From NCBI GenBank assembly GCA_018693855.1, contig JABHMO010000006.1:1-53003 (forward strand): a DNA stretch of 53,003 bases. Direction: 5' to 3'. Below, one piece after another: positions 27,468-35,714 of the stretch. The DNA comes from Candidatus Falkowbacteria bacterium. GTDB lineage: Bacteria > Patescibacteriota > Patescibacteriia > UBA11705 > JABHMO01. Below the pieces are notes generated by a model that did no database searches, was not told where the DNA came from, and saw nothing but the letters and a program-made list of their open reading frames with translations. Each line of letters opens with the position of its first letter. The first letter of the stretch is position 1. The position numbers and the translations under genes are program-made.

Positions 27468-30400
27468 TTATTTTCTATTGTCCTCTGTTTCATCTAAAAC
27501 GACCTTTTTACCTTGTTTTAACAGTTCCACATCCAGACCTAACCCTTTCAATTCTCGAATTAAAACATTAAACGATTCTGGAACATTCAATCTTCTGATT
27601 GGTTCACCTTTAATAATTGATTCATACGCTTTAGCACGACCAATAACATCATCTGATTTAATAGTCAGGATTTCTTGCAATGTGTGAGCAGCTCCATAAC
27701 CTTCGAGTGCCCAAACCTCCATCTCTCCGAATCTCTGTCCACCAAATTGAGCTTTACCACCCAGTGGCTGTTGAGTAATCAGTGAGTAAGGACCAATTGA
27801 TCGTTGATGGATCTTGTCCTCAACCATGTGGTTTAATTTCAAAATATAGTTGTAACCAACTGTAATCTTATGATCAAATGCCTCACCTGTTTTTCCATTA
27901 TATAACTGAAGTTGTCCATCACGCGGATAGCCAGCTTCTTCTAATTGATCTTGAATAGTTTCAAGTGGGATTCCATTTAGAACTGGAGTTGCGACCTTGT
28001 AACCAAGTTTGTGAGCTGCCAAACCTAGATGAGTTTCTAAAATCTGACCAAGGTTCATACGAGAAGCAACACCCAGTGGAGTCAAAAGAACGTCTACTAC
28101 TGTTCCATCTTCAGTAAATGGCATATCTTCAGCAGCTACGATTTTTGAAATAACACCTTTATTACCATGACGACCAGCCAACTTATCTCCAACTTGAATT
28201 TTTCTCAAATTCGCAATTGTGATTTGGATTGACTTCAAAACACCTGGTGAAAGTTTATCACCATTCTCTTGAGAAAAGATTCTAACATCAACAACCTTTC
28301 CATGTTCACCATGCTCTAGTCGAAGTGAAGTATCTCGAACATCGCGAGCTTTTTCACCAAAAATTGCTTTTAACAATTTTTCTTCTGCACTTAGTTCAGT
28401 TTCTCCCTTTGGAGTAATCTTTCCAACCAAGATGTCACCTGATTTAACAGTTGCACCAATTCTGACAATACCTTCTGCATCAAGATTTTTTAATTTCTCT
28501 TCAGAAATATTAGGAATATCAGCTGTTACAACCTCACTTCCCAACTTTGTATCTCGAACATCAATTGTATAGTTTTCAATATGAACTGATGAGAAAGTAT
28601 CAGCCTTAACTAACTTTTCTGAAATAATAATCGCATCTTCGTAGTTATAACCTTCCCAAGCCATGTATGCTACCAACACGTTTTGCCCAAGTGCTAGCTC
28701 ACCATTCTGAATAGATGGACCATCAGCCATAACCTGTCCTTTTTTAACTTTATCTCCAACATCAACAATTGGTCGTTGGTTAATACTTGTAGAAGCATTA
28801 GAACAAACGTATTTATTTAGTTTGAATTTTTTGATTTCACCTTTCTTATTTGCAAACTCAATCTTATTTGATTGAACTGCTACAACCTCTCCGTCGTCTG
28901 GAGCAATAGCACAATGGCCTGAGTCAACAGCTGCTTTTGCTTCAATTCCAGTACCAACGATTGGTGAGTCTGGGACAACACAAGGAACAGCTTGTCGTTG
29001 CATGTTTGTTCCCATCAAAGCTCGAGTCGCATCATCGTGTTCTAAGAATGGAATTAATGATGTAGCTACACTAACAATCTGGTTTGAAGAAACATCCATG
29101 TAATCAGGTTTGAAATGGAAATCAACCTTAGGTTGACCATGATATCTAACATCAACTCGTTTTTTAACGAATCGTCCAGTCTCTTGATCTAATTTATTAT
29201 AAGAATTAAAAGTAGTCGTAATACTCTTCTCCTCTTGCAGGGCGTTTAAGAAAACAACTTCCTTAGTTACAACAGACTCTGTACTGTCTAAAATAGTTAA
29301 AGGATCAATCGTTAAATCACCTAACTCATAACCAGCAGGCGTATCGCCTTTCTTGAAGACAACTTCTCCTTTTTCATTTTTAATATCTTTTGTAACAGTA
29401 TGTTTTATTTTGAAGTATGGAGTTTCAATAAAACCGTACTCATTAATTTGTGCGTAACTTGCCAAGTGACCTACCAAACCAATATTTGGTCCTTCAGGTG
29501 TTGCAATCGGACAGATACGACCATAATGAGTTGCGTGTACATCACGAACATCAAAGCCAGCTCTTTCTCGAGAAAGACCACCAGGTCCCATAGCTGAAAT
29601 TCTTCGTTTATGCTCTAGCTCAGACGCTGGATTAGTTTGGTCCATGAACTGAGATAGCTGAGAACTCATGAAAAACTCTCTAACTACACCAATAACTGGT
29701 CTAGCATTAATTAACTTTGAAGGAGTTAGAGTAGTAGGATCCATTGTACTCATTCTATCTTTAACAATTCTTTCCATTCGAGCTAAACCAATTCTGAATT
29801 TATTTTGGATCAACTCACCAATCGCACGAATTCTTCTATTACCTAAATGATCAATATCATCAGCCGGTTCTTGAGTAATATTTAGTCTAATAATTTCTTT
29901 CAAAACATTTACAATATCATCAACTTGCAAAACTCGACTTTCTTCATCAAGTTTTAACTCTTGATTAAACTTCTGGTTCATTTTATATCTACCAACTTTC
30001 CCGAAATCGTATCTATCAAAGTTGAAGAACATAGCAAAGATGAGTGACTTCGCATTGTCTGACGTAGCAAGATCTCCTGGTCGAATTCTTTTATAAACTT
30101 CAATCAATCCGTCTTCTTGCGTAACTGATGGATCTTTTTCTAAAGTTGATTCAATAAATTTAATATCACTGTGATTGTCTACGTCTTTGAATAAATTTTT
30201 GATTTCTTCATTTGTTGCAACGCCAAAAGCTCGGAGTAATGCAGTTGCAGCAACTTTTCTTTTTCTATCAATCTTTACCCAGATAACATTATTACTATCA
30301 GTTTCAAATTCTAACCAAGCTCCTCTATTTGGAATGATTTTCGCACCGTATGCAACTCTATTTCTTTCACGTAAAAAATCTGAAGTGAAAAACACTCCAG

Positions 30401-30806
30401 CTGATCTAATAATTTGAGATACGATAACTCTTTCAATTCCATTAATGATAAAAGTTCCTCGATTTGTCATCAAAGGAAAATCACCAAGATAGATCTCTTG
30501 AGTTTCTTTCTTCTTTGTCTTTGTATTAACAAGTGTTGCCTTAATTCTCAGCGGTGCTTCGAAAGTAACGTTCTTTTCTTTACTTGTTACTTCATCAAAC
30601 TTTGGTTCGTCAAAATAATAATCTTTGAAATGCAGTTCTAATCCTTTGTCAGACACATCAATAATTGGAGAAGACTCATGAAGTAGCTCATCTAGTCCTG
30701 TGTCAATAAACCAGTCGTATGAAGTTTTTTGAACTTCAATCAAATCTGGTAACGGTAATTTATATGACTCGGTAAAATACTTTCTCTGATAGTTATTGTT
30801 AGACAT
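27468..30806 (-). CDS. rpoB: DNA-directed RNA polymerase subunit beta
   Basis: Typical beta-subunit motifs. The track start is GTG at 30815, so I use ATG 30806 (MSNNNYQRKYF). Confidence 0.97.
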   Translation of the reverse strand: MSNNNYQRKYFTESYKLPLPDLIEVQKTSYDWFIDTGLDELLHESSPIIDVSDKGLELHFKDYYFDEPKFDEVTSKEKNVTFEAPLRIKATLVNTKTKKKETQEIYLGDFPLMTNRGTFIINGIERVIVSQIIRSAGVFFTSDFLRERNRVAYGAKIIPNRGAWLEFETDSNNVIWVKIDRKRKVAATALLRAFGVATNEEIKNLFKDVDNHSDIKFIESTLEKDPSVTQEDGLIEVYKRIRPGDLATSDNAKSLIFAMFFNFDRYDFGKVGRYKMNQKFNQELKLDEESRVLQVDDIVNVLKEIIRLNITQEPADDIDHLGNRRIRAIGELIQNKFRIGLARMERIVKDRMSTMDPTTLTPSKLINARPVIGVVREFFMSSQLSQFMDQTNPASELEHKRRISAMGPGGLSRERAGFDVRDVHATHYGRICPIATPEGPNIGLVGHLASYAQINEYGFIETPYFKIKHTVTKDIKNEKGEVVFKKGDTPAGYELGDLTIDPLTILDSTESVVTKEVVFLNALQEEKSITTTFNSYNKLDQETGRFVKKRVDVRYHGQPKVDFHFKPDYMDVSSNQIVSVATSLIPFLEHDDATRALMGTNMQRQAVPCVVPDSPIVGTGIEAKAAVDSGHCAIAPDDGEVVAVQSNKIEFANKKGEIKKFKLNKYVCSNASTSINQRPIVDVGDKVKKGQVMADGPSIQNGELALGQNVLVAYMAWEGYNYEDAIIISEKLVKADTFSSVHIENYTIDVRDTKLGSEVVTADIPNISEEKLKNLDAEGIVRIGATVKSGDILVGKITPKGETELSAEEKLLKAIFGEKARDVRDTSLRLEHGEHGKVVDVRIFSQENGDKLSPGVLKSIQITIANLRKIQVGDKLAGRHGNKGVISKIVAAEDMPFTEDGTVVDVLLTPLGVASRMNLGQILETHLGLAAHKLGYKVATPVLNGIPLETIQDQLEEAGYPRDGQLQLYNGKTGEAFDHKITVGYNYILKLNHMVEDKIHQRSIGPYSLITQQPLGGKAQFGGQRFGEMEVWALEGYGAAHTLQEILTIKSDDVIGRAKAYESIIKGEPIRRLNVPESFNVLIRELKGLGLDVELLKQGKKVVLDETEDNRK

Positions 30807-30974
30807 AAAAAACACGCCCCCTCACTATGGAGAAACGGGGTTTATATTAATTTATTTAGTTAGACAAAACTTGTTGCCCTCTATATACATTATTGTTTTA
30901 TGAGACCCGAAAACAACCGACTAGTAGTCGAATCGCCAAGTCTCCCTTGAGGGAATTACGAAGTATATAGGTAT

Positions 30975-31003
30975 ATACTATCAAAGTATTGGGACGGTGT
31001 CAA
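30975..31003 (-). promoter_or_regulatory. TTGACA-N17-TAGTAT promoter for rpoBC
   Basis: Read directly from the sequence. It implies a 5' UTR of about 160 nt. Confidence 0.6.
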
Positions 31004-31127
31004 GGAGATTATGCACAGAGGAGAGGATAGTCGCAGGTGAAGACATGTAAATATAAGTAAATATGAGTAAATACAAGTTTATTTAAGTAAATTTAGACAA
31101 ATAAGCAAAGAAACCACCAGTCTACAG

Positions 31128-31156
31128 TTGACAAAAGAGAGAGAACGTGCTATAGT
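31128..31156 (+). promoter_or_regulatory. TTGACA-N17-TATAGT (TG-extended) promoter (membrane orphan)
   Basis: Read directly from the sequence. Confidence 0.6.
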
Positions 31157-31227
31157 TACTTATTCCATACATTGGGATCCTTACTCCGCAGGGGCATTTG
31201 CGGCAGCGCTTCATCAAGGAGGAAATG

Positions 31228-31587
31228 ATGAACAAAGCGCAGAAAGTATTGATCAGTGTTGCAAAGTCCGTAGCATTGATCGCGCTACAGGGGTTTGTCT
31301 TCATGAAGCTGTGGAGTTGGTTCATCATGACCAGCTTCGACGGTGTGCCGGAGGTCGGGATTATCCCCGCATTTGGCATCATGATGCTTCTGGGCTTCGT
31401 CACCGGGAACAATACCCCCAATGACGTTGTCGTCAGGAAGATAGATGAGGACGAGGACGTTTACATGGCGAGGCAAGCCGAGCTTCTCAAGAAGCAGCTC
31501 GAGCAAGCCAAGCTGACGGTGACCAACACCATAACCTCGTCTATCATCACCCTGGGCTTCGGGTGGGTATTGAGCTGGTTCGTATAG
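31228..31587 (+). CDS. Orphan small membrane protein (119 aa, about 3 TM), G+C-rich
   Basis: AAGGAGGAAA lies before ATG 31228. The promoter is at 31128..31156 and the terminator at 31651..31681. Confidence 0.6.
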   Translation: MNKAQKVLISVAKSVALIALQGFVFMKLWSWFIMTSFDGVPEVGIIPAFGIMMLLGFVTGNNTPNDVVVRKIDEDEDVYMARQAELLKKQLEQAKLTVTNTITSSIITLGFGWVLSWFV

Positions 31588-31650
31588 CTCGCCCCCTCCT
31601 CCACGACGACCCTGGTCAATCTTGACCGGGGTCGTTTCATTTAGGATTTG

Positions 31651-31681
31651 AAAAGTCGGTACCGTGCATACCGACTTTTTT
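31651..31681. terminator. Bidirectional terminator between the convergent orphan pair
   Basis: AAAAGTCGGTA/TACCGACTTTT. Confidence 0.7.
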
Positions 31682-31706
31682 GATGTTTTCGGGCACATGA
31701 TTCCCC

Positions 31707-32003
31707 TCACTTTTCTCGCGGGACTGCGGCGTAAAGCACTCGATTGAGAGATTTCGCTCCGCTACCGCCGTGAAGTTGTTCTAACGCTTTCCTCCGTTTC
31801 TTTGTCATAGGTTGTGGATAGCAAGTCAACAATCCGTCCTCAACAAGAGCTTTCACATCTCGTTCGGTTTGAACATCGCCCCCAGAGTAGCGTCGTTTTT
31901 TGAGGATAACCTGAATTTCAGGCCAGGCTTTCGGACCAACCTTTTCCATGAGATCAACAAAGGCGCTCTCAGTGATTGTTCTTGTTTGTGCTTGCGGTTG
32001 CAT
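31707..32003 (-). CDS. Orphan protein (98 aa), possibly winged-helix, G+C-rich
   Basis: AAAGGAGTAG lies before ATG 32003. It is convergent with 31228..31587 and shares the bidirectional terminator. Confidence 0.55.
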   Translation of the reverse strand: MQPQAQTRTITESAFVDLMEKVGPKAWPEIQVILKKRRYSGGDVQTERDVKALVEDGLLTCYPQPMTKKRRKALEQLHGGSGAKSLNRVLYAAVPREK

Positions 32004-32061
32004 AGTACTACTCCTTTCTTGCGCGCAAGAAAAACAACTCTTTATATAAAAAAGAATCACA

Positions 32062-33396
32062 TTATCGTGATTCTTTGTTGGTATTTAATATATCTTTTAT
32101 AACTTCTCGATCGTCCCACTGAACATACTTACCATGTTTTATCGCCATTGCCTGTTCTGATCCTTTCCCCGTAACTAAGACTAGATCATTTTCTTTAGCG
32201 AGACTAAGTGCTTTCGCAATCGCCTCTTTTCGATCTAATATTTTGAATAAGTTTTGATTTTCTTTTTTACCTCTTTTTAATACACCGTTCGCAACTTCGT
32301 CTATAATTTCCATCGGATCATCATCATAAGGATCTTCATTAGTAACAATTGCAATATCAGAATGCCAACCGACAATCTTACCAAGCTTCTTTCTGCGATC
32401 CTTATCACGACCGCCACCACACGAACCAAAAACATGAATAATTCTATTTATATTTAACTCATTATCAGTCTTAAATTTATTAATCGTCTTATACAGAGCA
32501 TCCATTGAAGCAACCTCTGGCGCATAATCAACAATTACATAAAAGTTCTGACCTTGGTCAATTGTTTCCATTCGTCCAGGAATAACTTCGACTGATTCAA
32601 CTGCTCCTTTTATCTGCGAGAAAGTTAAACCTTCTTCAAGACCAATCACAAACGCAGGTAAAACATTATAAACATTGAACTCTCCTACTAATTGTAGATC
32701 GACTGACTGTTCATTTAAAACGAAACTCGTCCCCGTCGGTAAAACCTTCAATTGAGTAGCGACAAAACCGCTCACTTCACTTCCGCCAAGTGAAAATTCG
32801 ATTTTCTTATCAGCTTTGAACTCCAAATAGTAATCACCGTGTTCATCATCAGCATTCACAAGAATTGTTTTCGTAACGGTCTTTCCATCAATTAATTTGT
32901 TCTTACTTTCAGATAATCTTTTGAATAATTTCGCTTTTGCTCGTTTATAATTGTCAAAACTACCGTGAGACTCTATATGTTCTGGAGTTAAATTTGTAAA
33001 AACAGCATAATCAAAGTTAATTCCTAAATGCCGGAACTGTTTTATCCCTTCAGACGAAACTTCAATCACTGCATATCGACAATCAGCTTCCACCATCTGC
33101 TTTAACATTTTCTGTAATTGAAAACGCCCCAACATTGTCATTTTTTTATCGTTCAACTTTTCCTTTGCTGCGATTTTGAACTTCACAGTAGAAGCAGCTC
33201 CAACTTTCGCACCACCAGATTCAAGTGCTTTTGCGATTAATTCTACTGTTGAAGATTTTCCATTTGTACCAGTCACTCCTACCACAATCATCTTCTCACT
33301 AGGAAATCGATAAACAAAAGCAGCCAAAACAGCCAATGTTTTGTGATACAGACTAATAAATGATTTTGGTAAAATTTTCTTTAGTAATGTTTTCAT
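32062..33396 (-). CDS. murE: Mur ligase family protein (MurE-like)
   Basis: Contains the VGVTGTNGKSST P-loop. The track start is TTG, so I use ATG 33396 (MKTLLKKILP). Confidence 0.75.
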   Translation of the reverse strand: MKTLLKKILPKSFISLYHKTLAVLAAFVYRFPSEKMIVVGVTGTNGKSSTVELIAKALESGGAKVGAASTVKFKIAAKEKLNDKKMTMLGRFQLQKMLKQMVEADCRYAVIEVSSEGIKQFRHLGINFDYAVFTNLTPEHIESHGSFDNYKRAKAKLFKRLSESKNKLIDGKTVTKTILVNADDEHGDYYLEFKADKKIEFSLGGSEVSGFVATQLKVLPTGTSFVLNEQSVDLQLVGEFNVYNVLPAFVIGLEEGLTFSQIKGAVESVEVIPGRMETIDQGQNFYVIVDYAPEVASMDALYKTINKFKTDNELNINRIIHVFGSCGGGRDKDRRKKLGKIVGWHSDIAIVTNEDPYDDDPMEIIDEVANGVLKRGKKENQNLFKILDRKEAIAKALSLAKENDLVLVTGKGSEQAMAIKHGKYVQWDDREVIKDILNTNKESR

Positions 33397-33551
33397 ATTC
33401 CATCTACAGAATACCAATAAATCAACATTTTTTCAAGCCAGGTAGATATGATTGACAGTTATGTTATAATTAGGTAAAATAATCTGAATTGATTATTCTG
33501 CAACTTAAGTAGTTGTATAATTAATTTAACAATGAAGTTATATAAACTAAA

Positions 33552-33603
33552 GTTAGCCTTCTTAAAGGCCTCCTCTAGCCTTCTATAGCCTTCTCGCGAT
33601 TCT
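33552..33603 (+). repeat. Family-1 leader repeat, rbfA copy
   Basis: TAGCCTTCTTAAAGGCCTCCTCTAGCCTTCTATAGCCTTCTCGCGATTCT followed by ATG. Confidence 0.85.
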
Positions 33604-33936
33604 ATGAACGACAGAATGCTACAAGTTAATGAGCTACTACGAAGTAAATTAGCTCACATCTTCTCATTAAAGCTGGAAATCCCAGTGGAATTTTTTGTTA
33701 CGATTACAGACGTTAGTGCTTCTCCTGACCTACGAAACGCAACTGTATACTTAAGTATTTTGCCAGAAAAAAATCAACGTGAAGGAATGGCCTGGATTAT
33801 CAACAACAGAAAAGAAGTCCAGAGACTATTAGGCAAGGAAACAAGAAAAATGAAAAATACACCTAAAATGCTTTTCAAATTAGATGAACAAGAAAGCAGA
33901 TCACAAGAGATTTACGATTTAATTGATCAGAAATAA
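33604..33936 (+). CDS. rbfA: Ribosome-binding factor A
   Basis: 110 aa, with RMLQVNELLRSKLAHIF and ITDVSASPDLRNATVYLS. Confidence 0.88.
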   Translation: MNDRMLQVNELLRSKLAHIFSLKLEIPVEFFVTITDVSASPDLRNATVYLSILPEKNQREGMAWIINNRKEVQRLLGKETRKMKNTPKMLFKLDEQESRSQEIYDLIDQK

Positions 33937-33987
33937 GGTTGAGTGAGTGTAAGCGAACGAAACCGGCAGTGCGCCAGCACACAGTTA

Positions 33988-34003
33988 GGGCGGGCGGGTG
34001 GGG
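33988..34003 (+). other. G-quadruplex consensus GGGCGGGCGGGTGGGG
   Basis: Read directly from the rbfA-nrnA spacer, on the sense strand. Confidence 0.7.
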
Positions 34004-34022
34004 ACTAATTCTGATAAAGATT

Positions 34023-34958
34023 ATGAACATAATGGAGACAATCAAACACGCAAATAAGATTTTACTAATCTCCCACATAAACCCTGACGGAGATACGTTA
34101 GGAAGCAGCGGGGCGATGAGTTTTTTTATTGAGAAACAGCTAGATAAACCAGTTGATCTATTTTGCGTTAATCAGATTCCACAAAACTTCAAATTCCTAA
34201 ATCTTGAACAGTTTTATATTAGTCCTGAAAGACTTGACCTAAATTCATATGATTTAATTATCGCTCTTGACTGTGCTGATATGAGAAGAACAGGGATTGA
34301 AGAACAACTATTACAAACTAGAGGTAAAATTCCATTAATCAACATTGATCATCACCAGACAAACCCAATGTACGGTGATCTAAACATTGTAAATGCAGAC
34401 ACTTCGTCAACATGTGAAATTGTTTTCAATTTATTCAAAAAATCAAACATTGATTTCGATAAAAATATCTCGACTTGCTTGTTAACAGGTATTTTAACTG
34501 ATACTTCATACTTTACTAACGCAGCCACAACGAGTTTATCAATTAAAGCCAGCTCATTTCTAATGAATCAAGGCGTTAGCTCAAAAGAGATCCTAGAATC
34601 AGTTTGGAAAAACCAAAAACTAGAAACGCTAAAACTTTGGGGACAAGTTCTCGAGAAACTTCACTTCAATAAAAAACATAAAATCGCTACAGCAATCATA
34701 AATTCTCAAGATAAAGTTGATTCAAATATTTTCGAAGGGTTTGCAAACTTTTTAACAGTTATTTACGAAGCAAACATCATTTTAGTTCTAACTCAAATCG
34801 AAGAGAAGCTAATCAAAGCAAGCATGAGAACTACCAAAGAAAATATTGACGTTGCAAAAATCGCTGCTCAATTCGGAGGCGGAGGCCACAGCAAAGCTGC
34901 CGGATTTTCACTAGACGGACAACTTCAAGAGACAGCTACTGGTTGGAAGATTGTTTAG
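34023..34958 (+). CDS. nrnA: DHH/DHHA1 phosphoesterase (NrnA-like)
   Basis: Contains HINPDGDTLGS, DHH and GGGH. The track N-terminus (33939..34022) is translation of a G+C-rich spacer. Confidence 0.82.
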   Translation: MNIMETIKHANKILLISHINPDGDTLGSSGAMSFFIEKQLDKPVDLFCVNQIPQNFKFLNLEQFYISPERLDLNSYDLIIALDCADMRRTGIEEQLLQTRGKIPLINIDHHQTNPMYGDLNIVNADTSSTCEIVFNLFKKSNIDFDKNISTCLLTGILTDTSYFTNAATTSLSIKASSFLMNQGVSSKEILESVWKNQKLETLKLWGQVLEKLHFNKKHKIATAIINSQDKVDSNIFEGFANFLTVIYEANIILVLTQIEEKLIKASMRTTKENIDVAKIAAQFGGGGHSKAAGFSLDGQLQETATGWKIV

Positions 34959-35006
34959 AATAACTTTCAAGAATTCAAAAACCCCGCGTACGAGAACAGC
35001 GGGATT

Positions 35007-35609
35007 TTATTTTATGATTTTGTAAGCGAAAGTATCTTTGCGACTTCTTCCGCTTTCCCAACGCATAAGTTGACGAAGCGTCATCAGCCAAAAAGGGGAA
35101 GTTTTTGAAAAGATCTGTACATGTTTACCTCTATGAAAAATCAATGTCCAATAACGACTAACTTCTTCTTGATCATAATCATCCCAAATTTCACTAAAAA
35201 ATCCGTCTTCTACATCATCCGTTAATTCAGCTTTTGGAGGAAAATAAATCTCAGGCTGATTCAAAACAAAATGCCCAAAAGCCCTCTCAGCACGATCAAG
35301 ACAAGAATCTTCTGACAAGATAGGTACTAACAAAAGATCTATATCTGAATATCCAGATGCCACTAAATCTTTCCGTTGTTTTCTAATTGGGTTAAGGACA
35401 GAACCAATTGCAACAATTGCCAACGGCAATTTATAAAATTCAGAAAAAACTTGCAATCGCCTGCAAAGTGTTTCCACATTCACACGATCTTTGTCCGCTA
35501 ATTTACCCAAGTAATCCAACCATGACACCTGATGAATAAATCCTGGCAATGTCCTTATTTCTCTCCAAAGACCGTAAGCAGTGATCCAATCACAGATTTT
35601 ATCAAGCAT
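35007..35609 (-). CDS. Orphan protein with a possible Pol-beta-type nucleotidyltransferase motif
   Basis: Contains IGS...SDIDLLLV. GGGAGGGGT lies before the ATG and the promoter is at 35646..35674. Confidence 0.5.
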   Translation of the reverse strand: MLDKICDWITAYGLWREIRTLPGFIHQVSWLDYLGKLADKDRVNVETLCRRLQVFSEFYKLPLAIVAIGSVLNPIRKQRKDLVASGYSDIDLLLVPILSEDSCLDRAERAFGHFVLNQPEIYFPPKAELTDDVEDGFFSEIWDDYDQEEVSRYWTLIFHRGKHVQIFSKTSPFWLMTLRQLMRWESGRSRKDTFAYKIIK

Positions 35610-35645
35610 TTACCCCTCCCGGTTGATAATCAAGGAAACAAATCC

Positions 35646-35674
35646 ATATTAATAGCTATTAACAATTTTGTCAA
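35646..35674 (-). promoter_or_regulatory. TTGACA-N17-TAATAT promoter (NTase-like orphan)
   Basis: Read directly from the sequence. Confidence 0.6.
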
Positions 35675-35681
35675 TTCAAAA

Positions 35682-35701
35682 ACAGACGATTAATCGTCTG
35701 T
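35682..35701 (-). terminator. gyrA terminator hairpin
   Basis: ACAGACGATTAATCGTCTGT followed by a T-run on the minus strand. Confidence 0.65.
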
Positions 35702-35714
35702 TTTTGATATATTG

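Noticed and set aside
31122-31710. Three extra overlapping ORFs in the G+C-rich island: 31122..31421 (minus), 31128..31424 (plus) and 31285..31710 (minus).
   Set aside because: Stop-free frames are expected in G+C-rich DNA. Only 31228..31587 has a promoter, an SD and a membrane-protein-like sequence.
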